From: Spirochaetia bacterium
Lineage (GTDB): Bacteria; Spirochaetota; Spirochaetia; UBA9216
Assembly: GCA_963675665.1 (NCBI GenBank)
Contig: OY776510.1
Location: forward strand, 1,664,001 to 1,728,000
Direction of reading: 5' to 3'
Length of the DNA: 64,000 nucleotides
The notes beneath the pieces are model-generated. The model was not told the origin of the DNA. It searched no databases and worked only from the letters and a program-made list of their open reading frames with translations. Both the position numbers and the translations under genes were made by a program. Shown here one piece after another: positions 1 to 8,984 of this stretch; position 1 is the stretch's first letter, and every line of letters starts with the position of its first letter.

Positions 1-1
1 T

Positions 2-799
2 ATTCTTGCCGGTGTTGCCGGAGGTATTGCAACCGGGTTCTTTCTGCCTTCTGTTGCCGTATCCATGCTGCATCTTCATCAGGGGTACAATCTCTACAAT
101 ATGGGGTTGACCTGCGGATTCTTGAGTCTTTTCGCGGCTGCAATAATAAAGGCGGGAGGAAACAGTCTTGCCGGAGAATCATACTGGTATTCCGGGCATT
201 CCGTTTTTCTTGTGCTTATTGTTCCGGCGCTTTCATTTGTTCTGATTGCCGGCGGCCTGATTGCCGGTGGAGTGAAAAGTCTGCGGGCTTTTGTAAAGAT
301 ACAGAAGCAGGCCGGGCGGCTGCCTTCGGATTTTATCGATATCACTACTATCGGCGGTACCTTTCTGAATGCGGGGTTTATCGGTTTGATAGGATCAGTC
401 TATATCTATGTTATAGGCGGTGATTTTAACGGTCCGGTAATAGGCGGACTGATGACGATAATGGGGTTTGCAGCCTTTGGTACCCACTTGAGAAATTCCT
501 GGCCTGTTGTGGGCGGAGTTATAATTGCTGCGCTGATATTCGGAAGGTCATTGACAGATCCCGGTGTTCAGCTTGCTGCCGTGTTCTGCACAACGCTTGC
601 GCCGATTGCAGGACAGTTCGGTATTCTTCCGGGTCTTCTTGCCGGTTTTATTCATTTGCTCATGGTTTTACAGACCGGCAGCTGGCAGGGCGGCATGAAT
701 CTATACAATAACGGTTTTTCAGGCGGGTTGACTGCCGCCCTGATTGTGGCGGTTGTTCAATGGTACAGATTAAACAGAAAGGATAATAAATTCAAATGA
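2..799 (+). CDS. DUF1576 family membrane protein (5' end outside window)
   Basis: Frame is open from base 2. Hydrophobic protein with repeated motifs LHQGYNLYNMG, GGDFNGPVIGG, FAAFGTH and NLYNNGFSGG, typical of DUF1576. Confidence 0.8.
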   Translation: MLAGVAGGIATGFFLPSVAVSMLHLHQGYNLYNMGLTCGFLSLFAAAIIKAGGNSLAGESYWYSGHSVFLVLIVPALSFVLIAGGLIAGGVKSLRAFVKIQKQAGRLPSDFIDITTIGGTFLNAGFIGLIGSVYIYVIGGDFNGPVIGGLMTIMGFAAFGTHLRNSWPVVGGVIIAALIFGRSLTDPGVQLAAVFCTTLAPIAGQFGILPGLLAGFIHLLMVLQTGSWQGGMNLYNNGFSGGLTAALIVAVVQWYRLNRKDNKFK

Positions 800-1176
800 G
801 AAGAAAAGAGCTTATAACGCATCTGATCAGCGAGATTTCAAGCTATGTGCTTGAAGGAGACCCGATGCGGATGGTAATATCGCTTCATCAGGAAGAGGAC
901 GGGCTGCACCTGAGTATAATGGATGATGCGGCGCATACCGATGAAGAGATTGAGCAGATGGAAAAAGATCTTAACAGCCAGAAACGTCCTGAACTTGCAG
1001 GTTATTACGGGGCCATGACCGGCCGCGATCTTCTTGGCGCCTCGCGGCTTAACCTGCTTGGCTGGCAGGTAAAACATACCGACATTACCCGCATAGACAA
1101 GGGCATAAAGATTGATTTCTGGCTCGGTGGAGATCGCTTCGACAGCCGGCAGTTCAATATCCCTGAAATAAAATAA
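796..1176 (+). CDS. Conserved hypothetical protein coupled to DUF1576 (possibly a degenerate GHKL/HATPase-like fold)
   Basis: ATGA overlap with the upstream stop; motif RPELAGYYGAMTG...LNLLG. Confidence 0.65.
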   Translation: MRRKELITHLISEISSYVLEGDPMRMVISLHQEEDGLHLSIMDDAAHTDEEIEQMEKDLNSQKRPELAGYYGAMTGRDLLGASRLNLLGWQVKHTDITRIDKGIKIDFWLGGDRFDSRQFNIPEIK

Positions 1177-1191
1177 TAACGGAAAAATCAA

Positions 1192-2175
1192 TTGATGCGA
1201 TTTCTCGGAAGAAACTGGTTTATAATCGGAATATTTACAGCGCTGTTTCTTGGAATTATCATAAGCGATGCAGGCATAATGATGAACCGCGGATCTTATT
1301 TCAGCAATTCGCTTGTTGTTCTGCTGTTTATAATTACCGGTGTAAAACTACCTGTAGACGCAATAAAAAACGGGTTGAAAGATGTCAGGATACATGCCTA
1401 CATCCAGTTATTTATCTTTGTTTTTGTTCCGGTCTATTTTTATCTGACCTCTTTTCTGTTCAGAGATATATTCAGCCCTCAGGTGCGGATCGGGATTTAT
1501 GCTCTGGCCTGTCTGCCGTGTACCATTTCAAGCTGCATCGTTTTTACCCAGTCGGCGGGAGGCAACGTTGTCGCTACCATGTTCAATGCCGCATTTGCGA
1601 ATATTATCGGTGTAGTGGTTTCGCCGCTGTTGCTTTCTCTGATGATGCAAACTTCTTCAGGTATGCTGCCTGTAGAAGAGCTTTTCGGCATACTTCGAAA
1701 ACTTTCCCTGATTATGCTTCTTCCGATTGCTGCCGGACAATTTCTGCGACGCTGGTTTGCAGCAGCCGCAGAAAAATATAAAAGTCCGCTCGGCGTGATC
1801 AGCAATATATTCATTCTGATGATACTTTTTTTTGCGTTTTCCAAAAGTTCAGGCGATCCATCTTTTGTCGGGAACCTTCGCTCAATGATTAAGCCGTATA
1901 TATTCCTGGCTGTTTCTTTTCCGGTCCTTGATGCAATAGCCTCAGCGGGCGCAAAGATGCTGGGATTCAGTGTTGAGAATCGAATAACCATTGCCTTTAC
2001 AGCGCCGCAGAAGACACTTGCAATGGGGGTTCCGCTTTTAAGTACTTTCTTTGCTTCTCAGCCTGAGGTTTTAGGGGTAGCGCTTCTGCCGCTGATTTTT
2101 TATCATCCATGGCAGCTGCTTGTGTCCGGGATTCTGCAGGAAAGAATTAAAAAAAGTAGATCCTCCCGCGCATAA
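1192..2175 (+). CDS. Bile acid:sodium symporter (SBF-like/YfeH) family transporter
   Basis: About 9-10 TM helices; LPCTISS...AGGN...FNA and QKTLAMGVPL motifs. Confidence 0.85.
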   Translation: MMRFLGRNWFIIGIFTALFLGIIISDAGIMMNRGSYFSNSLVVLLFIITGVKLPVDAIKNGLKDVRIHAYIQLFIFVFVPVYFYLTSFLFRDIFSPQVRIGIYALACLPCTISSCIVFTQSAGGNVVATMFNAAFANIIGVVVSPLLLSLMMQTSSGMLPVEELFGILRKLSLIMLLPIAAGQFLRRWFAAAAEKYKSPLGVISNIFILMILFFAFSKSSGDPSFVGNLRSMIKPYIFLAVSFPVLDAIASAGAKMLGFSVENRITIAFTAPQKTLAMGVPLLSTFFASQPEVLGVALLPLIFYHPWQLLVSGILQERIKKSRSSRA

Positions 2176-2179
2176 AAAA

Positions 2180-2638
2180 TTATTTTGCGATAAGAAAATA
2201 ACTTCCTTCAGCCATGCTTCCGAGAGTTGATATCAGCCTTACAAGCTTTGCGGCCAGGTTTCGGGCCTTTGATTCATCGGTAATTTTGTTATCAACAAGA
2301 AAAGCAGCGGTGTCCTGTGCTATCTGTTCAGCTGCATTTTTTGAATTCTTTTCATTAATTCCGATTACATGTACTTTGCTGAAAAATTTTTCGCCTATCA
2401 TATATTTCTTTGTTGTAAATAGAAACATTTCGCCGGTATCATCCGAAACACGGTAGAGAGAATAATCCATAAATGGAAGCGGAACTTCCAGTTCGACTGT
2501 TGTGTTAATAACGACGTCGGCACCTGCGTATTTTTCAGGCGAGGACTTTATGCCTTCAATTGATGTGGCGCACCCGGCAAGGACAAAAGCCGACAATAAA
2601 ATTAAAAATGTTTTTTGTATGAATATTGATAATTTCAT
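2180..2638 (-). CDS. Hypothetical lipoprotein (possible OB fold)
   Basis: Lipobox LAG-C after a hydrophobic leader; YRVSDDTGEM strand pattern. Confidence 0.65.
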   Translation of the reverse strand: MKLSIFIQKTFLILLSAFVLAGCATSIEGIKSSPEKYAGADVVINTTVELEVPLPFMDYSLYRVSDDTGEMFLFTTKKYMIGEKFFSKVHVIGINEKNSKNAAEQIAQDTAAFLVDNKITDESKARNLAAKLVRLISTLGSMAEGSYFLIAK

Positions 2639-2702
2639 ATTTTAAACTTACCTTTTTAAAAAGAAAAAATCCATTATTAGCAATCTTTCTCCGATATAAT
2701 AT

Positions 2703-4154
2703 ATGATGTTTATACTTATCCCTGTTGCCTGTGTTCTGTTTATTATCATTTATGTGAATGTTTTGATTGCCGGAAAGGTTGATCCGAATCTCGGTTATAC
2801 TCCTTCTGCCGCTCCTGCCGATGCCGTTCAAAGACTTGCAAGGGCAATAAAAATTCCTACTGTGTCGCATTACGATCCGGCTGAAGATGATTCCGGTAAA
2901 TTTCGAGAGTTTCAGCAGTTTCTGGCTGATACTTTTCCCGATTTTCATAAAACTGCCGGGCGAACAATTCTCGGAGATTATTCAGTCATTTATAAATGGA
3001 AGGGCAGAAACGATGAATATTCAACAAACGCTCCTCCTGTTCTTGTTACTGCACACTACGATGTTGTTCCGGTAGACGAAAGTAAATGGACGCACAAGCC
3101 GTTTGGTGCGGAAATTGACGGGGAGTTTCTCTGGGGCCGTGGAACGCTTGATACCAAGAATACCCTGATGGCGTCTCTTGAGGCGGCCGAAGAGCTGTGC
3201 AGAAACGGGTTTGTTCCCGAACGAACTGTATATTTCGCTTTCGGCGGTGATGAAGAGACTACCGGCCGCAACGGCGCCTGCAGAAACGCCGAGTGGTTCA
3301 GCAGCAACGGAATAATGTTCGACTGGCTCTGGGATGAGGGCGCAATAACCGCAGATGGATTAATGCCGGGCATGCTGAAAAAGCTTTCGCTCATCGGAAC
3401 TGCCGAAAAAGGGCAGGTTAACATACTACTGCAGGCGGATTCCACCGCCGGTGGACATGCCGCCATGCCGCCGAAATATACCGCAACAGGCAGAATTGCC
3501 CGGGCTGTAGCCAGGATAGAGGCGCATCCATTTCCGTTGCGGTGGCTTAAAACTACAAGAATTTTTTTTAAGAAGATGGCGCGCGCCGGGATTCCCGCCT
3601 ATAAAATCGCACTTTCGAACCTGTGGATTACCGGCGGCCTTATTAAAATGATTATGGGTATGAATCCCGCTTCAGCCGCGCTGCTTAGAACCACTACGGC
3701 GCCGACGATGATTTCAGGCAGCCGCAAGGAAAATGTTCTGGCTGACCATGCCTCAGCGGTAATTAATGTACGAATTCTGCCGGGAGACAGCGTTGAAGGC
3801 GTGCTGGAAAGAATCAGGAAGGTTGTTGCGGATAAAAATGTAAAAGTCAGCATTAAAAACAATAACGATGCGGATAATCCGGTTGCAGAATCTTCGATTG
3901 AGTCGGAAGGTTACAAGCTTCTCGAACAGATGCTGAACGAGGTTATACCCGATTCGGTTGTTCTTCCGTATCTTGCAACAACAGCGTCGGATTCCAGAAA
4001 CTATGCATCATGCTGTCGGAATTTGTACCGCTATTCGCCGATGATTCTTACCCAGCCGGAACTTGACAGGATACATGGGGCTGATGAGCGTATCAGTATT
4101 GAGAATTACGGCCTTGCAATAAGATGTTATAAAACATTGTTTAAAAAATTATAG
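2703..4154 (+). CDS. M20 family metallopeptidase/amidohydrolase with N-terminal anchor
   Basis: AHYDVVP, GRGTLDTK, DEE, DEG, GGHAAMPP and IHGADERIS motifs. Confidence 0.9.
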   Translation: MMFILIPVACVLFIIIYVNVLIAGKVDPNLGYTPSAAPADAVQRLARAIKIPTVSHYDPAEDDSGKFREFQQFLADTFPDFHKTAGRTILGDYSVIYKWKGRNDEYSTNAPPVLVTAHYDVVPVDESKWTHKPFGAEIDGEFLWGRGTLDTKNTLMASLEAAEELCRNGFVPERTVYFAFGGDEETTGRNGACRNAEWFSSNGIMFDWLWDEGAITADGLMPGMLKKLSLIGTAEKGQVNILLQADSTAGGHAAMPPKYTATGRIARAVARIEAHPFPLRWLKTTRIFFKKMARAGIPAYKIALSNLWITGGLIKMIMGMNPASAALLRTTTAPTMISGSRKENVLADHASAVINVRILPGDSVEGVLERIRKVVADKNVKVSIKNNNDADNPVAESSIESEGYKLLEQMLNEVIPDSVVLPYLATTASDSRNYASCCRNLYRYSPMILTQPELDRIHGADERISIENYGLAIRCYKTLFKKL

Positions 4155-4163
4155 GGAATCAGG

Positions 4164-5645
4164 ATGACGGAAAACACAGAAAAAAGAAATAAAGAAAACG
4201 AATCAAGCATGAAAATCGGCAAAACCGCATTTCTCGGAGCAGCGGGAATTATCCTGGTCCTTATGGTTGTTTCGGGAGTTCTTACAATGGTTCTTCCGTC
4301 AGGGCAGTATGAACGGGTTGAAAAAGACGGCAGGACAATGATTGTTGCCGAATCGTTTCAGGAAGTTCCAAAGCCTGATTATCCGATCTGGCGCTGGTTT
4401 ACAGCCCCTGTAGAAGTACTCGGCGCACCCGGAAATATTGCCGTTATTACAATAATCCTGTTTATTGTTTTCGTCAGCGGCTCAATAGCCATTCTGGAAG
4501 GCGCCGGGGTTATGAAGGACCTGGTTTCCCGTCTTGTGACGCATTTCAGGCAACGGAAGTACCTGCTGATGGCGATCATGATCTTTTTGTTTATGTTTCT
4601 TTCATCCTTTCTCGGAATATACGAAGGGCTTGTGCCTATGATAATCTTTATTGTACCACTGGCCTATTCACTAGGGTGGGATTCCCTTACAGGACTCGGC
4701 ATAAGCCTTCTGCCTCTTGCCTTCGGGTTTGCTGCGGCTGTTACCAATCCGTTTACTGTTGCTGTGGCCCAGGGCATAGCCGAGCTTCCTCTTTTTTCAG
4801 GTTCCTGGCTCAGGATAATCTTCTTTTTGGTTGTATATATTATTCTCTATTTTTTTGTGTCCCGGTACGCAAGAAAGGTTGATTCGAAGCCGGAAGTATC
4901 ACTTGTCTATAAAGAGGATCTTGAAATCAGGGCGCTGCATAATATGAATGAATCGGCGGAGTCTTTTGAAGCTGCTCATCCGGGAATGAAAAAAGCGTTG
5001 ATCTGGTTCGGCGTCTGTATGGGAACAGCAATAACGTTTGTGATACTGACTTCTGTTATACCTGCTATCAGCGATCTTTCTTTTCCTTTAATGGGGTTGA
5101 TGTTTCTTGTAGGAGGAATAGGCGCCGGAATATTTGCCGGGATAAGCGGCCGCCGGATTGTAAAATCGTTTATAAACGGTATGATAGGCATGATTCCGGG
5201 GATTGTTCTTATCCTGATGGCGTACAGCGTAAAACACATAATTGACAGGGGAATGATTACGGACACTATTCTGAACGCCGCCGCAGGCTGGATAGAAAGC
5301 GCCCCCCGGATGGGAGCGGCTTTCCTCATTTATCTGATTACCCTTATTATGAACTTTTTTATCGGATCGGCATCGGCAAAGGCCTTTCTGATGATGCCCA
5401 TCCTTACTCCGCTTTCTGATCTGGTCGGGATAACACGTCAGACTGCGGTTCTCGCATTCGATTTCGGCGACGGGTTCAGCAATATGCTGTTTCCGTCCAA
5501 TGCATTGCTTCTTATAGCTCTCGGGTTTACAGTTGTCAGTTACCCGCGGTGGTTCAGGTGGACCTTCCCTCTGCAGTTGGTCATGCTCGGAATTACATCC
5601 GTTTTCCTTGTTTTTGCAGTTCTTATCGGCTTTGGTCCGTTCTGA
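4164..5645 (+). CDS. YfcC/AbgT-like (DcuC superfamily) transporter
   Basis: About 12 TM helices; LPSGQYER, NPFTVAVAQGIAELP, SASAKA and FGDGFSNMLFP motifs. Confidence 0.85.
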   Translation: MTENTEKRNKENESSMKIGKTAFLGAAGIILVLMVVSGVLTMVLPSGQYERVEKDGRTMIVAESFQEVPKPDYPIWRWFTAPVEVLGAPGNIAVITIILFIVFVSGSIAILEGAGVMKDLVSRLVTHFRQRKYLLMAIMIFLFMFLSSFLGIYEGLVPMIIFIVPLAYSLGWDSLTGLGISLLPLAFGFAAAVTNPFTVAVAQGIAELPLFSGSWLRIIFFLVVYIILYFFVSRYARKVDSKPEVSLVYKEDLEIRALHNMNESAESFEAAHPGMKKALIWFGVCMGTAITFVILTSVIPAISDLSFPLMGLMFLVGGIGAGIFAGISGRRIVKSFINGMIGMIPGIVLILMAYSVKHIIDRGMITDTILNAAAGWIESAPRMGAAFLIYLITLIMNFFIGSASAKAFLMMPILTPLSDLVGITRQTAVLAFDFGDGFSNMLFPSNALLLIALGFTVVSYPRWFRWTFPLQLVMLGITSVFLVFAVLIGFGPF

Positions 5646-5657
5646 CGACGGGCGGTT

Positions 5658-5999
5658 TTATATTGCCGTACCGCCGCTTTCGCCGGTCCTGATACGATAG
5701 CACCGCTCAAGATTGGTAACAAAGATTTTACCGTCCCCGAGTTCACCGCCGTTATGTCTTGCTGAACTGATAATTGCCTGAATTGCCTGTTCAACAAATT
5801 CCTCGTTGCAGGCAATTTTTATTTCAATCTTCGGGATCAGGTTCGGAACAATTTTTCGCCCCCTGTATATATCGATATCTTCCTGTTTGCCGTGACCTGT
5901 AACCCTACTTACTGTTATTCTTTCTATTTCCGCCTCAATAAGGGCTTCCCGAACTTCATCAAGCTTGTCCGGCTGAATTATCGCAGTAATCAGTTTCAT
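5658..5999 (-). CDS. glnK: P-II nitrogen regulatory protein
   Basis: MKLITAIIQP..., T-loop IYRG, GDGKIFV, RIRTGE; directly downstream of amtB. Confidence 0.95.
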   Translation of the reverse strand: MKLITAIIQPDKLDEVREALIEAEIERITVSRVTGHGKQEDIDIYRGRKIVPNLIPKIEIKIACNEEFVEQAIQAIISSARHNGGELGDGKIFVTNLERCYRIRTGESGGTAI

Positions 6000-6016
6000 T
6001 AATTCCCCCCTTGTCC

Positions 6017-7234
6017 TTAATCCAGGTTTACAAAGCCGTAACCGTGTTCTCCGTGCTGGGCATGGTCCATGCCTGCCTTTTCAGCTGCAGGTGATAATCT
6101 GAATCCGCAAATTTTATTTATAACAAAAATAATTAAAAGTGTTACTGCAGCTGAATAAAGGATGGCTATGCCGACGCCTTCAATCTGGTACTGCAGCTGT
6201 TTCAGAAACCCCACTTCTGTAGCATCGGGTTTCATTACGAATGTCAGACCTATAGCGCCGAAAATGCCGGCTACACCGTGAATGCCGAAAACGTCCAGTG
6301 AATCATCATAACCCAGTTTTTCTTTCATTTTAAGAGCAAAATAACATATCACTGATGCACCGGCCCCGAGTACCATTGCGCCCCAGGGAGCAACAGAGCC
6401 GGCCGCCGGAGTTATTGCGACAAGACCGGCAAGTATGCCTGAGACTATTCCAAGGCTGGATATTTTATTGTTGTCTATGGCTTCGATTATCATCCAGGAA
6501 AGGGCCCCCGTAGCTGCAGCAATCTGGGTTACTGCAAGGGCTTGTCCGGTACAGGCGTCGCTGGAGAGGCTTGAGCCGGCATTGAACCCGAACCAGCCTA
6601 CCCAGAGAAGGCCTGCGCCGACTATAGTAAAAACAAGGTTGTTCGGCCTCATCGAGTTTCTGGGATATCCGATTCTGTTACCAAGAAAAAGCGCGGCTAC
6701 AAGACCTGCAATACCGGCGGAAATATGAATTACGGTACCGCCTGCGAAATCAATGGCTTCCCCTGTAAGAAAGCCTCCGCCCCATATCCAGTGAGCAAGC
6801 GGAAAGTATACCAGAAGCGTCCACGCTGCAATAAACAGAAGGTAGCTTTTGAATTTAACCCTTTCGGCAAAGGCCCCGGAAATTAGCGCCGGCGTTATTA
6901 TCGCAAATTTGCCCTGAAACATTACAAATACAATTTCGGGAATGCATTTGTTGTCGCCGATACTGAGCATTCCGTCAAAAGGCGCGTTGAGAAAAAGGAA
7001 TGAACTGTCCCAGCCGATAATTCCTGCACGGCTTGTTCCGAATGCCATTGCATATCCGATCACCGCCCATAATACGCCGATTACGGCCATTGCCGAGAAG
7101 CTGTGCATCATAGTGCCCAACACGTTTTTGGTTCTCACAAGGCCACCGTAAAACATGGCAAGCCCGGGCGTCATCAGCAGCACCAGCGCTGTGGACGTGA
7201 GCATCCACGCTGTTGTACCTGTGTCGATTGTCAT
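6017..7234 (-). CDS. amtB: Ammonium transporter
   Basis: PGLAMFYGGLVR, DFAGGTVIH, GWFGFNAGS and DDSLDVFGIHG (twin His) motifs. Confidence 0.96.
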   Translation of the reverse strand: MTIDTGTTAWMLTSTALVLLMTPGLAMFYGGLVRTKNVLGTMMHSFSAMAVIGVLWAVIGYAMAFGTSRAGIIGWDSSFLFLNAPFDGMLSIGDNKCIPEIVFVMFQGKFAIITPALISGAFAERVKFKSYLLFIAAWTLLVYFPLAHWIWGGGFLTGEAIDFAGGTVIHISAGIAGLVAALFLGNRIGYPRNSMRPNNLVFTIVGAGLLWVGWFGFNAGSSLSSDACTGQALAVTQIAAATGALSWMIIEAIDNNKISSLGIVSGILAGLVAITPAAGSVAPWGAMVLGAGASVICYFALKMKEKLGYDDSLDVFGIHGVAGIFGAIGLTFVMKPDATEVGFLKQLQYQIEGVGIAILYSAAVTLLIIFVINKICGFRLSPAAEKAGMDHAQHGEHGYGFVNLD

Positions 7235-7295
7235 TAATTTCTTTCTCCCCTGAATTTTGTATAGATGTCTTACATAAATGTCTAAAGTATTTTTA

Positions 7296-7311
7296 AGCAG
7301 GATGTGTGCCA
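7296..7311 (-). promoter_or_regulatory. Sigma54 (-24/-12) promoter of amtB-glnK
   Basis: Minus strand reads TGGCACACATCCTGCT: GG-N10-GC spacing, about 60 bp upstream of the amtB ATG. Confidence 0.75.
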
Positions 7312-7486
7312 GTACTTTTTTATGAAAGTTTGTTCAGAGGCTGTAATGTTGGATAAACGCAATAAATGTAATAATATATGAGATTTAGATTAATTCTGAT
7401 ATCAATTAATGAATAAAAGAGTAAATTCATGTTTTTTTTCGGGCAACACAGGATGTCGGGAAATTTATTCAGGAATTAATATTCAA

Positions 7487-7528
7487 TACATAAATGTAAG
7501 AAATTTAAAAAATACTTACATTTATGTA
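7487..7528. promoter_or_regulatory. Pair of TACATWWATGTA palindromes (candidate upstream activator sites)
   Basis: TACATAAATGTAAG (7487-7500) and its perfect reverse complement CTTACATTTATGTA (7515-7528); a third copy CTTACATAAATGTC lies at 7269-7282. Confidence 0.5.
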
Positions 7529-7543
7529 GGATGGTTACAGGAA

Positions 7544-7825
7544 CTATGCGGGCTCGTGAAAGGATACCTCTTTATCTTCAAGAATGTCATCAAGTTTGGG
7601 CCCGGCTTCAATATAGTGTGTTGCAGCCTGATGCAATTTCACAGCATCCGCATCTTTCCATTTCTCTACAAAATGGAAGATATTACTGTTTTCACGATCC
7701 CTGTAAAGAATGTATTCAATACATCCGTCTTCGGCATTGCTTCCTGCAATGAGGGGTTTTGTTACCTCAAGCAGCTCTTTTTCTTTTCCCGGTTTTACAA
7801 CCAGCTTTGCAATAATTAAAATCAT
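7544..7825 (-). CDS. ABM-domain protein (putative quinol monooxygenase YgiN/LsrG-like)
   Basis: VKPGKE...EDGCIEY...FHFVEKW...H...HY; GGAG RBS places the start at ATG 7825. Confidence 0.85.
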   Translation of the reverse strand: MILIIAKLVVKPGKEKELLEVTKPLIAGSNAEDGCIEYILYRDRENSNIFHFVEKWKDADAVKLHQAATHYIEAGPKLDDILEDKEVSFHEPA

Positions 7826-7931
7826 CAGTATCTCCAAGTAATAATATTAAAATGATTCTACCTGAAAACCTGATTTTAGTGAACGGCCGGCTGCAATACA
7901 ACCGACCGTATTTATTTGTTTATTGATTATT

Positions 7932-8726
7932 TTATAGTGAATAGTCAGGATCCGCTATCGGGGCCATTTCCCGGTTATACTTCAGAATCTTGTCATAGTA
8001 AGAATCTTCAATATATTCCGGTTCGTAAGTAACCCCGTATCGTTCAAGCTGGGCTGTAAAAGAACGCATATGATTTCTTGAACCTTTCATCAGGTTTTGA
8101 TAAAGAATTTTAACTTCTTCATTGGCAGCTTCACTTACCAGTTTCTGAAGATCTGCTATATCAAGATCTTCTATGATAGCGCCGACTGTAAGAGCGTCTT
8201 CAAGTGATTTTGCTCCCTGTGCAGTCAGGTTATCATAATAATTCTGCAGATCTCCGTTGCTGAAAGAACCGGCTGTATCGGTTTCAACCGGGGCCTTGAC
8301 ATCATATGCATCAAGCAGAAGTTTTACTGCGTCTATATGCTGTTGTTCACTTTCAGAAATGTTTTTAAAGACCGGTATGTTCCATTCAGTATATAAGTAC
8401 ATATAAACATCACGCGCAAGTTTTTCTTCTTCAACCATCAGAAGCAATCCTTCTTTCTCGGAGGAAGAGAGAACTCCTGAGCCTGGTTCAACATTGTATA
8501 CTGCTGCAAGTTCACCGATAAAATCTTCACGGTAGGTATTGCCTGAGTTGTTCCGGCCCTGTCCACCTCCGTAGCCACCACCATTGCCCTGCCCTGCGCC
8601 GCTTCCGTCTCGCAGTCCCTGGCCCTGACCTTGTCCGTATGTTCCGCTGGCTTCCTGTGAACCGTTTGCTGATAGAGTTGCAGCAACTACAACCAGAATT
8701 ATTAAAGCAATAATTATTTTCTTCAT
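7932..8726 (-). CDS. Exported DUF2202 (ferritin-like) protein with Gly-rich linker
   Basis: Signal peptide then ANGSQE; GQGQG repeats; EEEKLARDVY, SEQQH, IEDLDIADL and GSRNH motifs. Confidence 0.85.
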   Translation of the reverse strand: MKKIIIALIILVVVAATLSANGSQEASGTYGQGQGQGLRDGSGAGQGNGGGYGGGQGRNNSGNTYREDFIGELAAVYNVEPGSGVLSSSEKEGLLLMVEEEKLARDVYMYLYTEWNIPVFKNISESEQQHIDAVKLLLDAYDVKAPVETDTAGSFSNGDLQNYYDNLTAQGAKSLEDALTVGAIIEDLDIADLQKLVSEAANEEVKILYQNLMKGSRNHMRSFTAQLERYGVTYEPEYIEDSYYDKILKYNREMAPIADPDYSL

Positions 8727-8769
8727 ATTTTGCCTCCTGAAATCTTATGAACTAAATGTAGAATGCTAT

Positions 8770-8908
8770 TGTGAAGTTTCTGTGAAGCTGTTTTGAAGAG
8801 ATGGAAAAGATGAAAAAAAGATTTTTATTGGTTTTCCTTCCATGATAAGCTCTCTTCATTAAGAAATATAACCGGGTGTTCTTCACGTAATCTTCACAAT
8901 AAACCCAC
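8770..8908. promoter_or_regulatory. Two mirror-image arrays of 11-bp-spaced direct repeats (candidate OmpR-family binding sites)
   Basis: TGTGAAG at 8770 and 8781, TTTGAAG at 8792; reverse-oriented CTTCAC at 8881 and 8892, ACCCAC at 8903; lies in the divergent intergenic region. Confidence 0.6.
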
Positions 8909-8984
8909 AATTATTTTGCATTACAGTGAAAGATTATATACAATGGAGTTATAGCTCAAAAACAGAATACGGAGGCTGGCCGGC

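Noticed and set aside
8550-8645. Short tandem repeats
   Set aside because: They encode the Gly/Gln linker of DUF2202; not a CRISPR array or independent repeat.
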